64,000 nucleotides of DNA. It comes from Podarcis filfolensis (taxonomy: Eukaryota). Each line of letters opens with the position of its first letter. Within the stretch, counting starts at the first letter, position 1. Shown piece by piece: positions 24,791-37,683 of the stretch. A program made the translations under genes and the position numbers. The notes beneath the pieces were generated by a model. That model made no database searches. It was given only the letters and a program-made list of their open reading frames with translations, and was not told the DNA's origin. The stretch is from NCBI GenBank assembly GCA_964270895.1, contig OZ185437.1; one strand, 5' to 3'.

Positions 24791-25957
24791 TGGAAGTGTG
24801 GAAGAGCCTTGAGTTTCAAGACATCAGTGTTGCCCATCTTTACATATTTGCTGTCAGGAACACCACTGTGAACAGCTGTGAAAACATAACAATCCAACTT
24901 TCCCGTGCAGAGTATGGACCTGCCCTTAGCGAAAGGTTTTATTTATAGTATTAGTTATATTTCCACTCTTCCAAAGGCAGGAATTTAATGGAATGTAGGC
25001 AAAAAGGAAACAATTCTTTTATGGAAGTGCTGAGGCTCTGTTTAATTCCGTACAGAGCAGCTGTTTGGTGCACATGTTCAATCAACAGACACACATTTGT
25101 AAATTTCCATTAATTCATCTTCTCCTGAGGTTTCTTCTCACTGTTTGACTGACAAAGTTCTGCTTTTATTAGCTCTGACAGATCAGGCTTGGGATTTCAC
25201 CTCTCTCAGGAAGCCTCATATTGTTATTTTAAGGTGAGCTGTTAAATGCAACAATCTTAATTGTCTAAAGCTCCTAAGACAGTAAACAGGAGATTTTTTT
25301 TTTTTTAAGTCAAGTAGTTAGGTATATTAATGTAGGCCATTTACAGACTCTCACAGAGTAACTGCAGGTGTGGGGTTCATTCAAATGCCAGCAAATTCAG
25401 GTTCCATAATAAAAATAGATTTGGCGCACTTACACAACAAACCCTCCTTCCGCCACAAAATCAGACTTTTTGAAGTTAAAATAAAATAAAAAAGGACTGT
25501 GGCAGGGGGAATGGACTACAAAGGGTGGGATGACAATTGTTTGATGTGTCATATAAACTCCAAACCAGAATGAATTAGCACAGCTTTCCTTCACAATCCT
25601 TCCTTCAAAACCAATCACTGAAAAGTTGAAAAGCTTGACCGACCAACCCTACAGACCTATGAATGACTTTCATCCTGCTTTCTTCTCCTTCACACAACTG
25701 TATTCAGATGAGCTGGAAACCTTTCCACACTTAGAGCCAGGTACTGAAAAGAAATACCTTGTTTCATTTGAAAGTGGATTTGAGGAAATCCTTCTCTTCG
25801 AACACATGGCTGAGCTTGAAAATGAGTACCGCTACCATTTTGAGGGAGAGATAAATTGGGTGACTTGAGACCTTTTACGCGTCCTGTTGTATACCAAATT
25901 TTGCTGACAAGTGAAACTGCAAGTTTTCAAGCTTCACCAGAAATATATATCACATAA

Positions 25958-26242
25958 CTTACATTTAAAGAAGAGTGGAAAACATTGATTGAATATATGG
26001 AAAATAACTGTATACAGCTGAAAATGCTGGCAGCACTAAGATAAATTCAACAGAGTAAATAATTTTCGATGGATGTAAAAGTGGAAAACTGATTTGAATG
26101 CTTATAGTAAAAAATGCAGGGATGTATGATATGTAAAATGAACCATGGAAAGAGAAGAAGGGAAGTCATTGGATATTTTAAAGTTTGTAAAATGTTTCTT
26201 TGGAAATGTAAAATTGAAAACTTAATAATTTTTTTTAAAAAA
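25958..26242 (+). mobile_element. Very short 5'-truncated L1-like 3' end with 19-bp TSD
   Basis: AGAAATATATATCACATAA at 25939-25957 and 26243-26261; insert ends in T-run plus A-run like the 21146 element. Confidence 0.8.
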
Positions 26243-26815
26243 AGAAATATATATCACATAATGTATTGAAAAAGGAAAAGACATACCATATATTAAGGAA
26301 TGGCTACTTTTAAAATCATCTAATGGGATTTATGTACTGCTTAATCATTGGAACCTTTAAGCAGTTTTTATACAGTATATGTTAAAATTACCAATAAAAT
26401 CAGCTGTTGACAACAAGTTAGCCTCTATTTTTAAAAACAAAATTGGCAGTTTTCAAAATATATGTTATAACATTATATACGAAAATACATGTCTGGGTAG
26501 GCTTGCTTAAATAGAAAAGTGTTTAGCAGGCACTGAAAACAGTACACTGAAAGCATTGGCCTAATCTCAAAGTGAAAGGTGCTGCTGCCATACTGAAGGC
26601 TTAATTCTTTGGATGTGCGGAATGAACATAATGTGGTGCTTGTAAAAGTGTCAGTCCTCCATGAACCTATCTGTGCACTCAGATTAGGCTTTGCTCCACA
26701 TTTTATCTATTCTCAGTGAATTTTCTGATTCTGGAGCAGGGGACCCCCATCTCCACACGGCACATAGTTAAAACTATAGAACTTGCTCCCACAGGAGACA
26801 GGGGTGGCCACCAAC

Positions 26816-27166
26816 TAAAGGTAAAGGGACCCCTGACCATTAGGTCCAGTCGTGACCGACTCTGGGGTTGCGGCGCTCATCTCGCTTTATTGGCCGAGGG
26901 AGCCAGCGTACAGCTTCCAGGTCATGTGGCCAGCATGACTAAGCCGCTTCTGGCGAACCAGAGCAGCGCATGGAAACGCCATTTACCTTCCCACCGGAGC
27001 GGTCCCTATATATCTACTTGCACTTTGGCATGCTTTCGAACTGCTAGGTTGGCAGGAGCAGGGACCGAGCAATGGGAGCTCACCCTGTCGCGGGGATTCG
27101 AACCGCCAACCTTCTGATTGGCAAGTCCTAGGCTCTGTGGTTTAACTCACAGCGCCACCCGTGTCC
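26816..27166 (-). mobile_element. Sauria SINE, full length, inserted in a CR1 3' fragment
   Basis: Reverse complement has the tRNA-like head GGACACGGGTGGCGCTGTGAGTTAAACC, B-box GGTTCGAATCC and tail GGGGTCCCTTTACCTTTA. Confidence 0.93.
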
Positions 27167-28527
27167 TAGGATGGCCTTAAAAGGGGATTGGACAAATTTG
27201 TGGAGGATAAAGCCATCAAAGGCCTGATCCAACAGGCTCTTCTTATGCTCTTATGTTTAAATTTCACTCAGTCCTTTCCACTACTAGGAGGTACATGTTG
27301 CTCCCTTTCCACTGCCCATCTGGTGAATGGGAAACAGCGGTAGTTCAACACAGCTCCTGGCCTACCCTGTGGTGGGGGAAGACAGTTGGGGCAGGCACCA
27401 TTATGTGGTTCTGAGAGGAGGCAGGAGGCATCTGCAAGTGGTTTACACATGAGAGACTTGGATGTGAATCTCACTAAAAATAATTGATTATTTTGTTTAT
27501 TCATTCAGTTTATATTACCTCCCTGAGGATGCAGCCTGTGAAATGGCTGCACAGTCCAACCTCATAGCGGCATAGGGCAAGGGTGGTTTACAGTATAAAA
27601 ACACAAAACTAATTACATAATAACAAACAACTCAGTAACAGTTCAGGGATGCATTCAAACTAGGCTAAAATCATTGGGAGGGTGCAGAAAAGAGGGGCCC
27701 AAGGAAAGACTGAAAATGCCTCATTTTGTCCCACAGTCCTGAGGTTTAGCACCTCTGATCTAAACATGGTTGCGTTGAAAACTAAAATCTATTTGTGGAA
27801 TGTGTCTTTGCCAGTTTTCAGCAATTCCTCCTCCCTTCTCATGACACAACTCACTCCATTCAGAAGGGTCCTCTGTCCCTGAGGGGACTTGTGGGAGGGG
27901 GAGGGGAAATTCGCCTTTTGCTAACCTCACTCTGCTAAAGTTCTCTGGATACAAACCACTGACTGGCTTTTATCATGTCAAGAAATTCCTTCCCAGCTCT
28001 CAACTATGAAAGTAAAATTTACTCACAAATTCTCCTTGGCAAAATCAGCTTCATCACCAACAAGTCCACAATGAAAGCCTACAACTAATTAGAGCCTGGT
28101 GTTGAATAGTCTTGATTGTGGAACATATGATAGCATCAAAATTACCCTTCTGCTTCACTGGGGTTGAGAGGTGGACTCTAATGAGTAGTAATATTTTTTT
28201 AAAATCCACTAATTACATATTTGCACAATAAAGAGAAACGGCATTGGAGCTTTGCCAGCTTTCTTGTTCTTTATTGCATGTTTTACAAAACTGTGTAATT
28301 ATAACTGAGAATGTTTACTCAAGAGATAGGAAACGCTTCAAAGGATATTTGCAGATCTCTGGGCAATGTTCCCTCTCCCCACCCCCCCACTCAGAGATGT
28401 CTACTTAATATTACACTTACAGTTTAAAACTTTCAAATTGGAGTGTTAAGAGAGATGAGGATTGGAAGAGGAAAGATGGGGAATTTCACACCACTGCATC
28501 TTCCCAGACAAACAAGTTCAACTGTGA

Positions 28528-29008
28528 TCACCAGTGTTGAAGCTTCAACATCAACTTCGTTGGACTGGTCATGTTGTGCGGATGCCTGATGAGCGTCTTC
28601 CAAAGCAACTATTCTATTCCAAACTTTAAAATGGAAAGCGCAATGCTAGTGGTCAACAAAAGAGGTTTAAAGACTGTCTCAAGGCAAATCTAAAAAAATG
28701 TAGTATAAACACCGACAACTGGGAAACACTGGCCTGGGAGTGCTCCAGTTGGAGAACAGCCTTTACCAAAGGCCTCATGGACTTTGAGGATGCTCAAACT
28801 CAGGATGAAAGGGAGAAACGTGCAAAGAGGAAGGCACGCTTGGCAAACTCTCACCATGAACAACTCCTGCCCAGAAACCTATGTCCCCACAGTGGAAGGA
28901 CGTGTGGATCCAGAATTGGCCTCCACAGTCACTTTCGGACTCATTGTTAAAACTATGTTTATGGAAGACAATCTTACTCGGTTACAAGTGATCGCCAAAG
29001 AAGAAGAA
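28528..29008 (+). mobile_element. RTE-clade LINE 3' end with (GAA)n tail
   Basis: Paralog of 8510-8976. Confidence 0.9.
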
Positions 29009-30399
29009 CTATGCTGCCCACAAGTGACTTGCACATCTTGCTTTTTAAAAAAACTTCTAGTACAATGCCCAAAGAGGAAAGTTCTCATGTAGGCAATGCA
29101 GGTGTTTGAGTGCTACCTACATCTTGTTCCTCTCAGTATGGGAAAGATGCCAAACTTCTCTCTCCCATAATCCCTGAACATGGACTATGCTGAGCTAGGA
29201 CTGGCATGAGTTGTAGCCCAGAATATCAGGAGGACACCAGGGTGTGGCAAAGCTGCTTTAGAGCGAGTCACTTCTGCAATTGCTTTACTTTCTGGATCGT
29301 AGCAAATCCAACACCAAGGGCAGAATCGCACCTTACTTCTTCCTTTTCTTGGGAAGCTTTTTGTAACAAAAACTGGCCTTCCTATCCCATAGTGGGGTAA
29401 AACTGCTGACTGCCCCATTGTCTTTTCAGTCCAATGGTTCTTAGCCAGTAGTTCTGACACTCTAGTCACCCAGTAGCATATGGGGAGAATGAGTTGAAAT
29501 ACATTGAGAAACACCAATTCCCTGCTCCTATCTGCATGGAATTTGGCAGGATTCATAACTTCATCCATTTGTGGGGAAAAAATATATTGGCAGTTTTCTT
29601 AAAAAAACAAAAACCACACTCAAAATTAAAAATTAAAACCCTGCATACATCTCTCTGAAATTTGGTAGGGTCCATCCCATCAGAAACCACTACTAAGTCT
29701 GCAAATTTTATACAAGTTTGTCAACTTAGCGGAAGTGGGTGTCTCCTGCAGGAAAAGCAGAATCTGAACCAAATATTCTCTCCTATAAAAATCCACATAG
29801 TTGGGAAAAAATGTTTTGTGACTTCTGATAGCCATATACAAGCAGCCAATGCTATTTTTCTAGAAAAAGAGGTGCCGGAACTCACCATGAATGCCTCCCT
29901 TGTTCTCTTATAATGGCAATGGCGCCTGAGAGGTGCTGGAACTGAGTTCCAGCTGAAAAAAAAGCCCTGCAAGCAGTAATTCTGAGTCAAGGGGTTGATT
30001 TAGACTGAAGTCCAGTACAGCAATGTGACAAAATGAAAAAAGAGCACATGATAAGTAATGACTTGTTTTGGCAGTGTTTTGGGCTACCCAAGGCAACTGC
30101 TTCATCCCACCTCATGGGTGGGCTGACTCTACCCAGAGCTTACCATGAGATCAGGTGCCCCAGTTGATGAATTGACCCCTCAATGTACATAAGAGAAACA
30201 TGTCTCTCCTGAAGACTTGCTCCTTAGAACACATTTCTGGGGACTTTTCAGAGAAGCACTCCGCTTGTTACTATTGAAAGCACTAGTTTCTATCATGATT
30301 AAAATTTAAAAAGTGGTTAATTAACCAAATAAAACTTAATTAAGCTGCCAATAAAATATTAAAACTAGCATCCTGACAGGGATGGCATACATATGTAAC

Positions 30400-30760
30400 T
30401 ACATTAGAACAACTCCAAATTACCTGGCAAGCAGTTGTTTCATAATAACTGGGAAATTTCAGAAAGCAATTTTTTATTTCCTTCAAGATGATCTCAAGGA
30501 TGGTTAAGCTGAAAACCTTTTGGCCTGAGGAAGCCAAATGCATATAGCGTCCTGAGCCAAGTTTTCTAGCACCAAAGGGAGTGAATAGTTCATTCCCCAT
30601 ACTGGTGTGGAGAACCCTTCCAGCCTTGTGGAAGACATTACTTTTGGACCATCCACTGCCTACATGGGGCAGCACAGGTATTGCTTCCTCTCACGTCTGT
30701 GCACTCAAATCCATGGGACCTTTGGGGCAGTTGAAGTATGACATATATATTTCTGGGAAA
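30400..30760 (-). pseudogene. Possible decayed retroviral reverse transcriptase fragment
   Basis: LPQGWKGSP at 30634-30608; weaker YFNCP upstream and YMHL...ILEIILKEIKNCFLKF downstream, in an adjacent frame; stops and frameshifts present. Confidence 0.45.
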
Positions 30761-31599
30761 GAACCTTGCTTCAGCTGAACAACATTAATTTCTTGTTTGG
30801 TAACATATTCTTTACACCTATTTTCCTACCAGTGAAACACAGATTATGTTTAGCATGTCCTTAAGGACTCCCCCCTGTTTTCATTTAATAAATCATATTT
30901 TATAGATTTCCTCCCTGAATGGAATAAAATATAAAGGATCCCCCCTTTTGTATTTGGAAAGATTTGCTGTAGGGATCAGGTTAAATATATGATAACATTT
31001 TGCACCTAAAACTTGAGATCCACATGCAGACACATGCACCTTATCTGTAAAAAACAGAAGTGTATCATGTGGAAAACAACATATTTCTCTAGTACTTGCA
31101 AAGTGCAGCTGGAATTCCCATGTCCCCCACCCTGTGCTATAGGCTTTCCACAGGTACTCACCTTAAAGATGAAGGAGATGCTTTCCATTTTCAGAAAAGT
31201 GCACTCTCTTTCATAAAACACAGCAATGCCTTCAAAGGATGCTATAGTAAATTGTCAATGAATCATGTGCATTGTCCCACTGTAGTATTGGGATTCTACC
31301 CGTGATCTAATTATTCTTTAGAAACTCCACAATCTATAAACAGAGAACAGAGTTATGAATGGGGAGCCTCAGGGCACTGCATTTTTGAAACAGATTTGAC
31401 TATATTATGACTGCTCTTAAATGAATGAATTGTGCCATTAGATGAGGTCTCTCCTCTACTGGCAATATTTAAGACTCCAAAAGAAGTCATAAATTGTCAT
31501 TCCCACTAAAATGCTCTCATAATTATATTGTTTGGGGGCAATATATACATTAGTAAAAAAAAGGGGGGGACAGATCTTACTAGGCGAGTTTTATGATTG

Positions 31600-31880
31600 A
31601 GAATCCTTGCAGAAACATTGGAACAAAGACAAGAAGCCAAAGATGTTTCATTTGAATAGTTGTCTCATACGCTACTGTTGTCATATCAATGAAAGTGCAT
31701 CCAGTGCAGACAGAAAGCACATTACTTCTCCCAAAGAATCCAAGGAGTGTTACAGGTGTGGACTGCCTCACCCCAATATGACACCTTCTGGACCAGTTGG
31801 AATGTCTACTAGAATCTAGTCTGGGCTTGATTAGAGCATAGATCACTGTTGCAAAATCACCCCTCTCCCTACAGGGGCAC
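31600..31880 (-). mobile_element. Old L2 LINE fragment
   Basis: YALIKPRLD...HI...STPVTL resembles HALVTSRLD...HITPVL. Confidence 0.55.
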
Positions 31881-33409
31881 AACTGGTGTACCAGCCAAAG
31901 TTGGTAAAAAAGTCCTTTTGGTCACTGATGGAGCTGAGCTTCCAAGAACACTCCCAAACCACATATTAGAATCTTTTAGTGGGAATGCCACACTATGCAA
32001 CATCAGCTGTAACCCACCTTCCAATGAATTTATTTAAACACAGGGAAGAGTTGCTTAAACAATGCTTATTAGTGCTAAGGCTTGTACTTCTTTCAGAATG
32101 AAGGGGAATGAACTGAATGGTGCCCATTTGGTCCCTTGTTCACTTTGCTCCCAGAGAAGCCAGCACAGGCTAATGGTTGGAATATTGGACTAAGCACTGG
32201 GATATGAAACTTGTTCAGTGTCTAACCAACAGCATTTCTGGGCACATTTCTCCTAACATACACATTTATGTATGCAGTTTGCCTAATATAAATATTTTTT
32301 GGAAGCTATTCCTCAAAATATAATGAATTTTAGTATGTTATTTTCAGATGCATTTATGCACACATTGCCATAACACAGAATTTTAGATGCACCTTTTTCA
32401 GCTGGAGAATTGTATCACAATATTTGGAGAAGTGTGGATTTCTAAGGCTTGTTGGGTTTCAGTTCCCATTTTGTTTTGGGAATGCAAACAGGGCAGGTTT
32501 GCATTAAAATGCAAAGTGCAACTGGATTTCTCCCTCATCTCTATTGTGGGTTCAAGCTGCAGCTGCTGCCATAGGCAGAAACGAAAACAGCTTGCTAAAT
32601 AAGGAAAGAGAGAACTAGAATTTGAGGAACAAAACACATGTTATTAGTATTAATGCATTTAAAAAACCAAAAGTGATTTGCATAAATGAATATAAAAACA
32701 AATATGTTATTTAAAACTGTAAATGAAGTAATTAATGTTTTTTAAAACAATTTTGTCCACTCTTAATGAGTGCGAGAACTGTTGCAGTCTGGGCTGATTA
32801 TAGTTTCTGGACATTTTTCAAAAGCAGCCCTATGTGAAACACATTGTAGTAATTTAATCTGGAGGTTACCAGAGTGTGAATGACTGTGGCTGCGTTCCTG
32901 TTCGGAAACTCAGCTGCCCTGTGAGCCAACTGAGCTCCAGGTCACAGCTGCAGCCTCAGCATCTAGAAGCATGGCCAAGTTCAGGAAAACTTCCACTGAT
33001 CCTTAAGCGGAACTATGACACCATCTAGAAGAATCTGTACATATTTGAAAGGATTGCAGCTCAGAGGTAGAACATACCTGTGCTTAGCATGGATATGTCT
33101 CAGGTTCAGTGCACAGATTGAAAGGATCTCAGGTGGTTGGCCAGACTTTGCCTGTGCTCTTGAAGAGTAAGCTCTAATTATTTAAGGTTGACTTAAATAA
33201 TTTTGTGGATTTTTTAAAAACTTCACTGAATTATGACTTTGTAGATTTTTAAAAAACTTCACTGAATTATGCTCAGAAAGCTGTGTGCCTTTGCAGCTTC
33301 TCACATAATTATTTGATCATTATAGTCTTTATTAAAAAGATTCGTGAATTCCATACTCCTGATATTGTCAGTGCAGGACAACGTCAGTATTCTATCCTTA
33401 GTTCTATGT

Positions 33410-34175
33410 ATTGCGTGGCAAGTCCCCTCCCCCATGTGAAATGAAGACACTGGACACAGCATTTAAGGTTAATGGGCATAAAAAAGGCCACAACTTTATT
33501 GATTACAGAATTGGAAGGTATTGGCCTTAGGCATTGGCTCCTATCGACTACCCGGCATGGGGACCGGGAAGGGTTGTCCACAAGCCTTGGGAGTCCTGTT
33601 GAAGTACGCCAACTAGGATCCCACGCGTGTCACCGCTCTGGGGCGTGCCGGAGGCCCTTACCTCCCTAGGTTTCGGACAAGGCAACGCCCCCCGGAGTCC
33701 TCTACCGGACTACCCTTTCCTTTTGGGGAAGGTGATGGCGCTTCCTTCCCCCCTTCATTTGCATAACAATTGACCCCTGCCAATTCCTAACCGCCAATAC
33801 CGAATAAGTTGTGACGTTTGCTACGAGGTAGGCGAAAAAACCAAAAGGCTCGAAGTGCGCCGAATTGGAAAAATTCCTACCAGGCCCCTTGCGGCGACCA
33901 ACTGAAGTCCATAGCAAGGTCAAAGCTAGCTAAACCTAAAGGGTGGGTGGGATGGAAAACCGCTCGGCTGGAAAGGGGGCAAAGAGGGCGGTCCCCGGGC
34001 GTGCCTGGCCTTAAATAGGCTAGGCCACGCCTCCCTGGTCCGCTGATTGGCGGGCCGGGTCGCCGATACACCCGGGGATTCCCTGATCACGCGGGGGCAA
34101 GGGCCAGCCCCCGCGTGTGTGATGTGGGAGGGATTTCTGCCCGCAACCCCCTCTCCTCCCAGGTCGGAAATGGCT
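33410..34175 (-). mobile_element. LTR-like retroelement terminus (ERV-like), copy 2
   Basis: Paralog of 5094-5870 with the same ends, PPT-like tract (34147-34160), promoter motifs and AATAAA. Confidence 0.7.
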
Positions 34176-34857
34176 TTCTGTGGGATGAAAAGGACCAAAG
34201 TGTGTGACTATGTATAATTGGAAGTAACCCATACAAACCTGCATGAATTTCAGTTTATAAGCAGACACAGGGAGGAAACTAAGATTTCCCTGCCAGATTT
34301 AAACCAACAATGCAGATTGCCATGAACGAGGGTTTTGCATTGTGCTGAACTGCAAAATCTTGTGACTGACAACCCAGACATCGCAGGTTTGTTAATCTAA
34401 CCATGTATGTTTGCTGCTCACCTGAAGTTGAAAAACAGGAAGACTATACAGTACTTGGCAGACCACAATAACTAAATGGAGGCCTTCCTTCGGTTTAATA
34501 TAGAAGTTTTCAAGCTTTTTGAGTCCACGGCTCCCTTGACGAACTACGTTCAAGGCACCCCAGGGTGCCACAGAACACTGGTTGAAAACCACTGGTTTAA
34601 TATATCACAAGATGTACAAGTCTTGTCCTACAATGTCAGTCCAAAATCAGATCTACATCAAATTTCTTATAAAGTATTGCATACTTTTTTTAAAAAAAAT
34701 GGAACATAGCCATTATTGTGTTGGAAAGGATGCCAAGGTCATGTATCAGATCCCTGCTGAAAGCAGCATAAAAGAAAATATGTCACATGCAAACATGTCA
34801 CATTCAAGCCATTGCTGCAAAGGAGCCGGTGGGAGTGCACTCTAAGACTTGCAGCTA

Positions 34858-34893
<36 letters not shown>

Positions 34894-35228
34894 AATTGTT
34901 TATACCCTGCCCGTCTAGCTGGGTTTCCCCAGCAACTCTGGGCGACTCCCAAAAGAATATTAAAAACACAATAAAACAACAAACATTGAAAACTTCCCTA
35001 AACAGGGCGCCTTCAGATGTCTTCTAAAAGTCAGATAATTGTTTATTTCCTTGACATCTGGTGGGTGGGTGTTCCACAGGGCGGGCGCCACTACCAAGAA
35101 GGCCCTTTGTCTGGTTCCCTGTAACCTCACTTCTTGCAGTAAGGGAACTGCCAGAAGGCCCTCAGAGGTGGACCTCAGTGTCCGGGCTGAACGATGGGGG
35201 TGAAGACGTTCCTTCAGGTATACTGGGC
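34858..35228 (-). mobile_element. L2 LINE 3' end with (TAT)n tail
   Basis: Reverse complement of the 16918-17470 subfamily. Confidence 0.9.
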
Positions 35229-35384
35229 TTTATCTGTCCCATTCTTGATGCCATATGAGATTATCATGGCTTGCTCAAAGCAGCCTCACAGGATGCCAGA
35301 GGTTCCCTGCCAATGATGTATCTAATTAAGAGAGTAGGACAGATGACATATTGGCATATATTGGGGACAATATATTCTGAACTG

Positions 35385-35885
35385 GCTTGGTCAGTTCAGA
35401 ATGGAAGATCTACAGACAAAAGGTGATATACACATTTTAAAAAATAATTAAATAATATGAAAGATGGCAGGATCCCTAAGAGTTTGCTCTTCGGACACTA
35501 GGCTTGTTGGCAAACCAAATCTGTGTTACAAGGATGCCTGCAAATGTGACATGAAGGCTGGCAACATTAAGCTTACTGTATGGGAATCCCTTGCAGACAA
35601 TTGCAGAATCTAGAGACAGGTCATGTATCCACAGCAGTGGCCAGACGTGGAATGACCGCTGAGAGGAGCGCAGAGAGAAGAAACATCATGGTGCACCTGT
35701 AGCAGTAATACCAGACGCCTTCATCCGCCCCATCTGCAATAAAACATGTCTCTCCCATATCAGTATCCACAGCCACAGCAGGCGCTGTAACTCTCCAACA
35801 GTTTGACTGTACCCCCAAAGGCACACTCTTCCGTGGTCTCCTGAAACAGATGGATGCTAACAACAATATACTGGGGAAAGCAGCT
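35385..35885 (+). mobile_element. Older RTE-clade LINE 3' fragment
   Basis: GGATCCCTAAGAGTTTGCTCTTCGG...GATGCCTGCAAATGTGACATGAAG (RIPK.LL.G...KD.CK.DMK); C-terminal Cys motif region. Confidence 0.65.
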
Positions 35886-37091
35886 TGGTTGGTAAACATT
35901 TACATTTCTCATCACAATGAAGTTTGGCTATTTCTCTCAACCAAGGGTTTTTGGAAAGGAAACGATAAGATGATGACAAAGCGGATATGACAAAAGTTAT
36001 TTCCAGTCCTTTGATCAAACATTCCTCCACCCAATTTCCTCAAGGACTCCATATGAACCCTATTAAAAACCAGCATTCTCTTGTTTGTACAAACCAGAAA
36101 ACTTGGTTGCATTGTATTATCTCAACAGTTCTATAATGTAATATTTAGATATTTGACATTTTGAAGAAGAGACTGTGATGACTGTTATTATTTTCAAAAT
36201 CTTCCTGTGCACATCTACTTAGAAGTAGTCCCATTAAATTAATTGTGATTTCCTTCTGAGACTGCACTGTCATGTTAAATAAAGCTGCTTCTATTATATT
36301 TCAGATATATTAGGAGTACTCTATAATCCAGCCAAAAGAGAACTTCATGATAATGAAAGTAGAACAAAAAGATAATTGATAACGGGGGACGGGGGGAACG
36401 CTATCTAATTTTCCATTTTAACACCTTGTCTTTCGAACATACTTCATTAAAAACGTCTCTGTGTGGCATGATGTGAAGTGTATAATTAATTCAGCCTTAA
36501 CGGTTTTGCTAAGATTTATTGTGTTGTTTTGCATGTGGGGTGTAGTGTTCCAATTTTGTATTTTGCACTGGGGACATAAATAATATAATATCTGTGTTTA
36601 CTGGAGCAGTGATCAAAACATGAACATTAGATGCCATATCTAGGTTTGAGCAGAAGCCCCAATGCCCAATTTACCTAAAATCAAATCAGTCATCCATAAG
36701 ACACAGCTTCAAGGAGAATGTTGATTATGACTGACAAGGGAACACAGTCCCCAAGACAGTATATCAAAACAAGAAAGGTGCTAGGTGCAATCTAATTCAT
36801 TATTTGAATGGAAATGGAGCAACAAGTAGGTGGACTGATTGAAATCTTTTAATAGGTTTTCCTGTGAAGATATTATTGCCCTCTCCACCACTGATGGTTT
36901 TGGTGGCCTTATGATAGCGTACAGTTATTAATGTTTGCAGGTGATTAAAAGTCAACTGCAAGGAGAGAGAGATTTCTTTAATAGCCATTGTTGTTTGTGA
37001 AAATGATAGTGTGTGGATTACTTGAAGGGTTTCCTGGGCAAGCAAGCAGCATGACCAGGTGCACTGGCTGTGAGTAAAATAAGGAATACTT

Positions 37092-37212
37092 CAGGAATGG
37101 GCAACCTGTGGCCCTCCAGATATTGTTAAACTCAGTGAGCATGGCTGGTGGCAATGGATTATGGGAGTTTGAGTCCAACAATATCTGGAGGGCCACAGGT
37201 TCCGCATCCATG
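37092..37212. mobile_element. hAT-like MITE
   Basis: Inverted arms GGCAACCTGTGGCCCTCCAGAT and ATCTGGAGGGCCACAGGTTCC. Confidence 0.75.
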
Positions 37213-37396
37213 GTATGCTGCAAATGGAACTGTGAAAAGGTGTCTGGAATTCCGTATTATTTAGAATGGAAAGTTCTAAAATGTGGGGAACATGATCCTT
37301 TAGGGGCAGAGCCATAGCTTAGTGGGAGAGCACACGCTTTGAATGGTGGCAGCTCTGGGTTCAATCCCTGGCATATCCAAAGAAGTGGATAAGGCG

Positions 37397-37683
37397 AAAG
37401 GTAAAGGACCCCTGGACAGTTAAGTCAAGTCAAAGGCAACTGTGGGGTGTGGTGCTCATCTTGCTTCAGGCCAAGGGAGCCGGCGTTTGTCTGCAGACAT
37501 CTTTCCGGGTCATGTGGCCAGCATGACTAAACCGCTTCTGGCACAGCGGGACACTATGATGAGTACCAGAGCAAATGGAAACGTGTTTACCTTCCCGCTG
37601 CAGCGGTACCTATTTATTTACTTGCACTGGTATGCTTTCAAACTGCTAGGTTGGCAGAAGCTGGGACAGAGCAATGGGAAAGG
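37397..37683 (-). mobile_element. Sauria SINE (head missing, older subfamily)
   Basis: AAAGGTAAAGGACCCC tail; GGTCATGTGGCCAGCATGACTAAACCGCTTCTGG core. Confidence 0.85.

Noticed and set aside
25626-25868. Acidic, protein-like ORF (…FESGFEEILLFEHMAELENEYRYHFEGEINW)
   Set aside because: No family recognised, no convincing splice sites, short; cannot support a call.
29185-29568. 127-aa minus-strand ORF downstream of the RT-like relic
   Set aside because: No RNase H, integrase or Env motif recognised, and its 3' part runs into a MITE.
30760-33410. Idea that LTR-like copy 2 is the 5' LTR of the RT relic (same strand, 2.7 kb apart)
   Set aside because: No PBS follows the repeat, it carries a PPT on its upstream side, and it is far better preserved than the relic.
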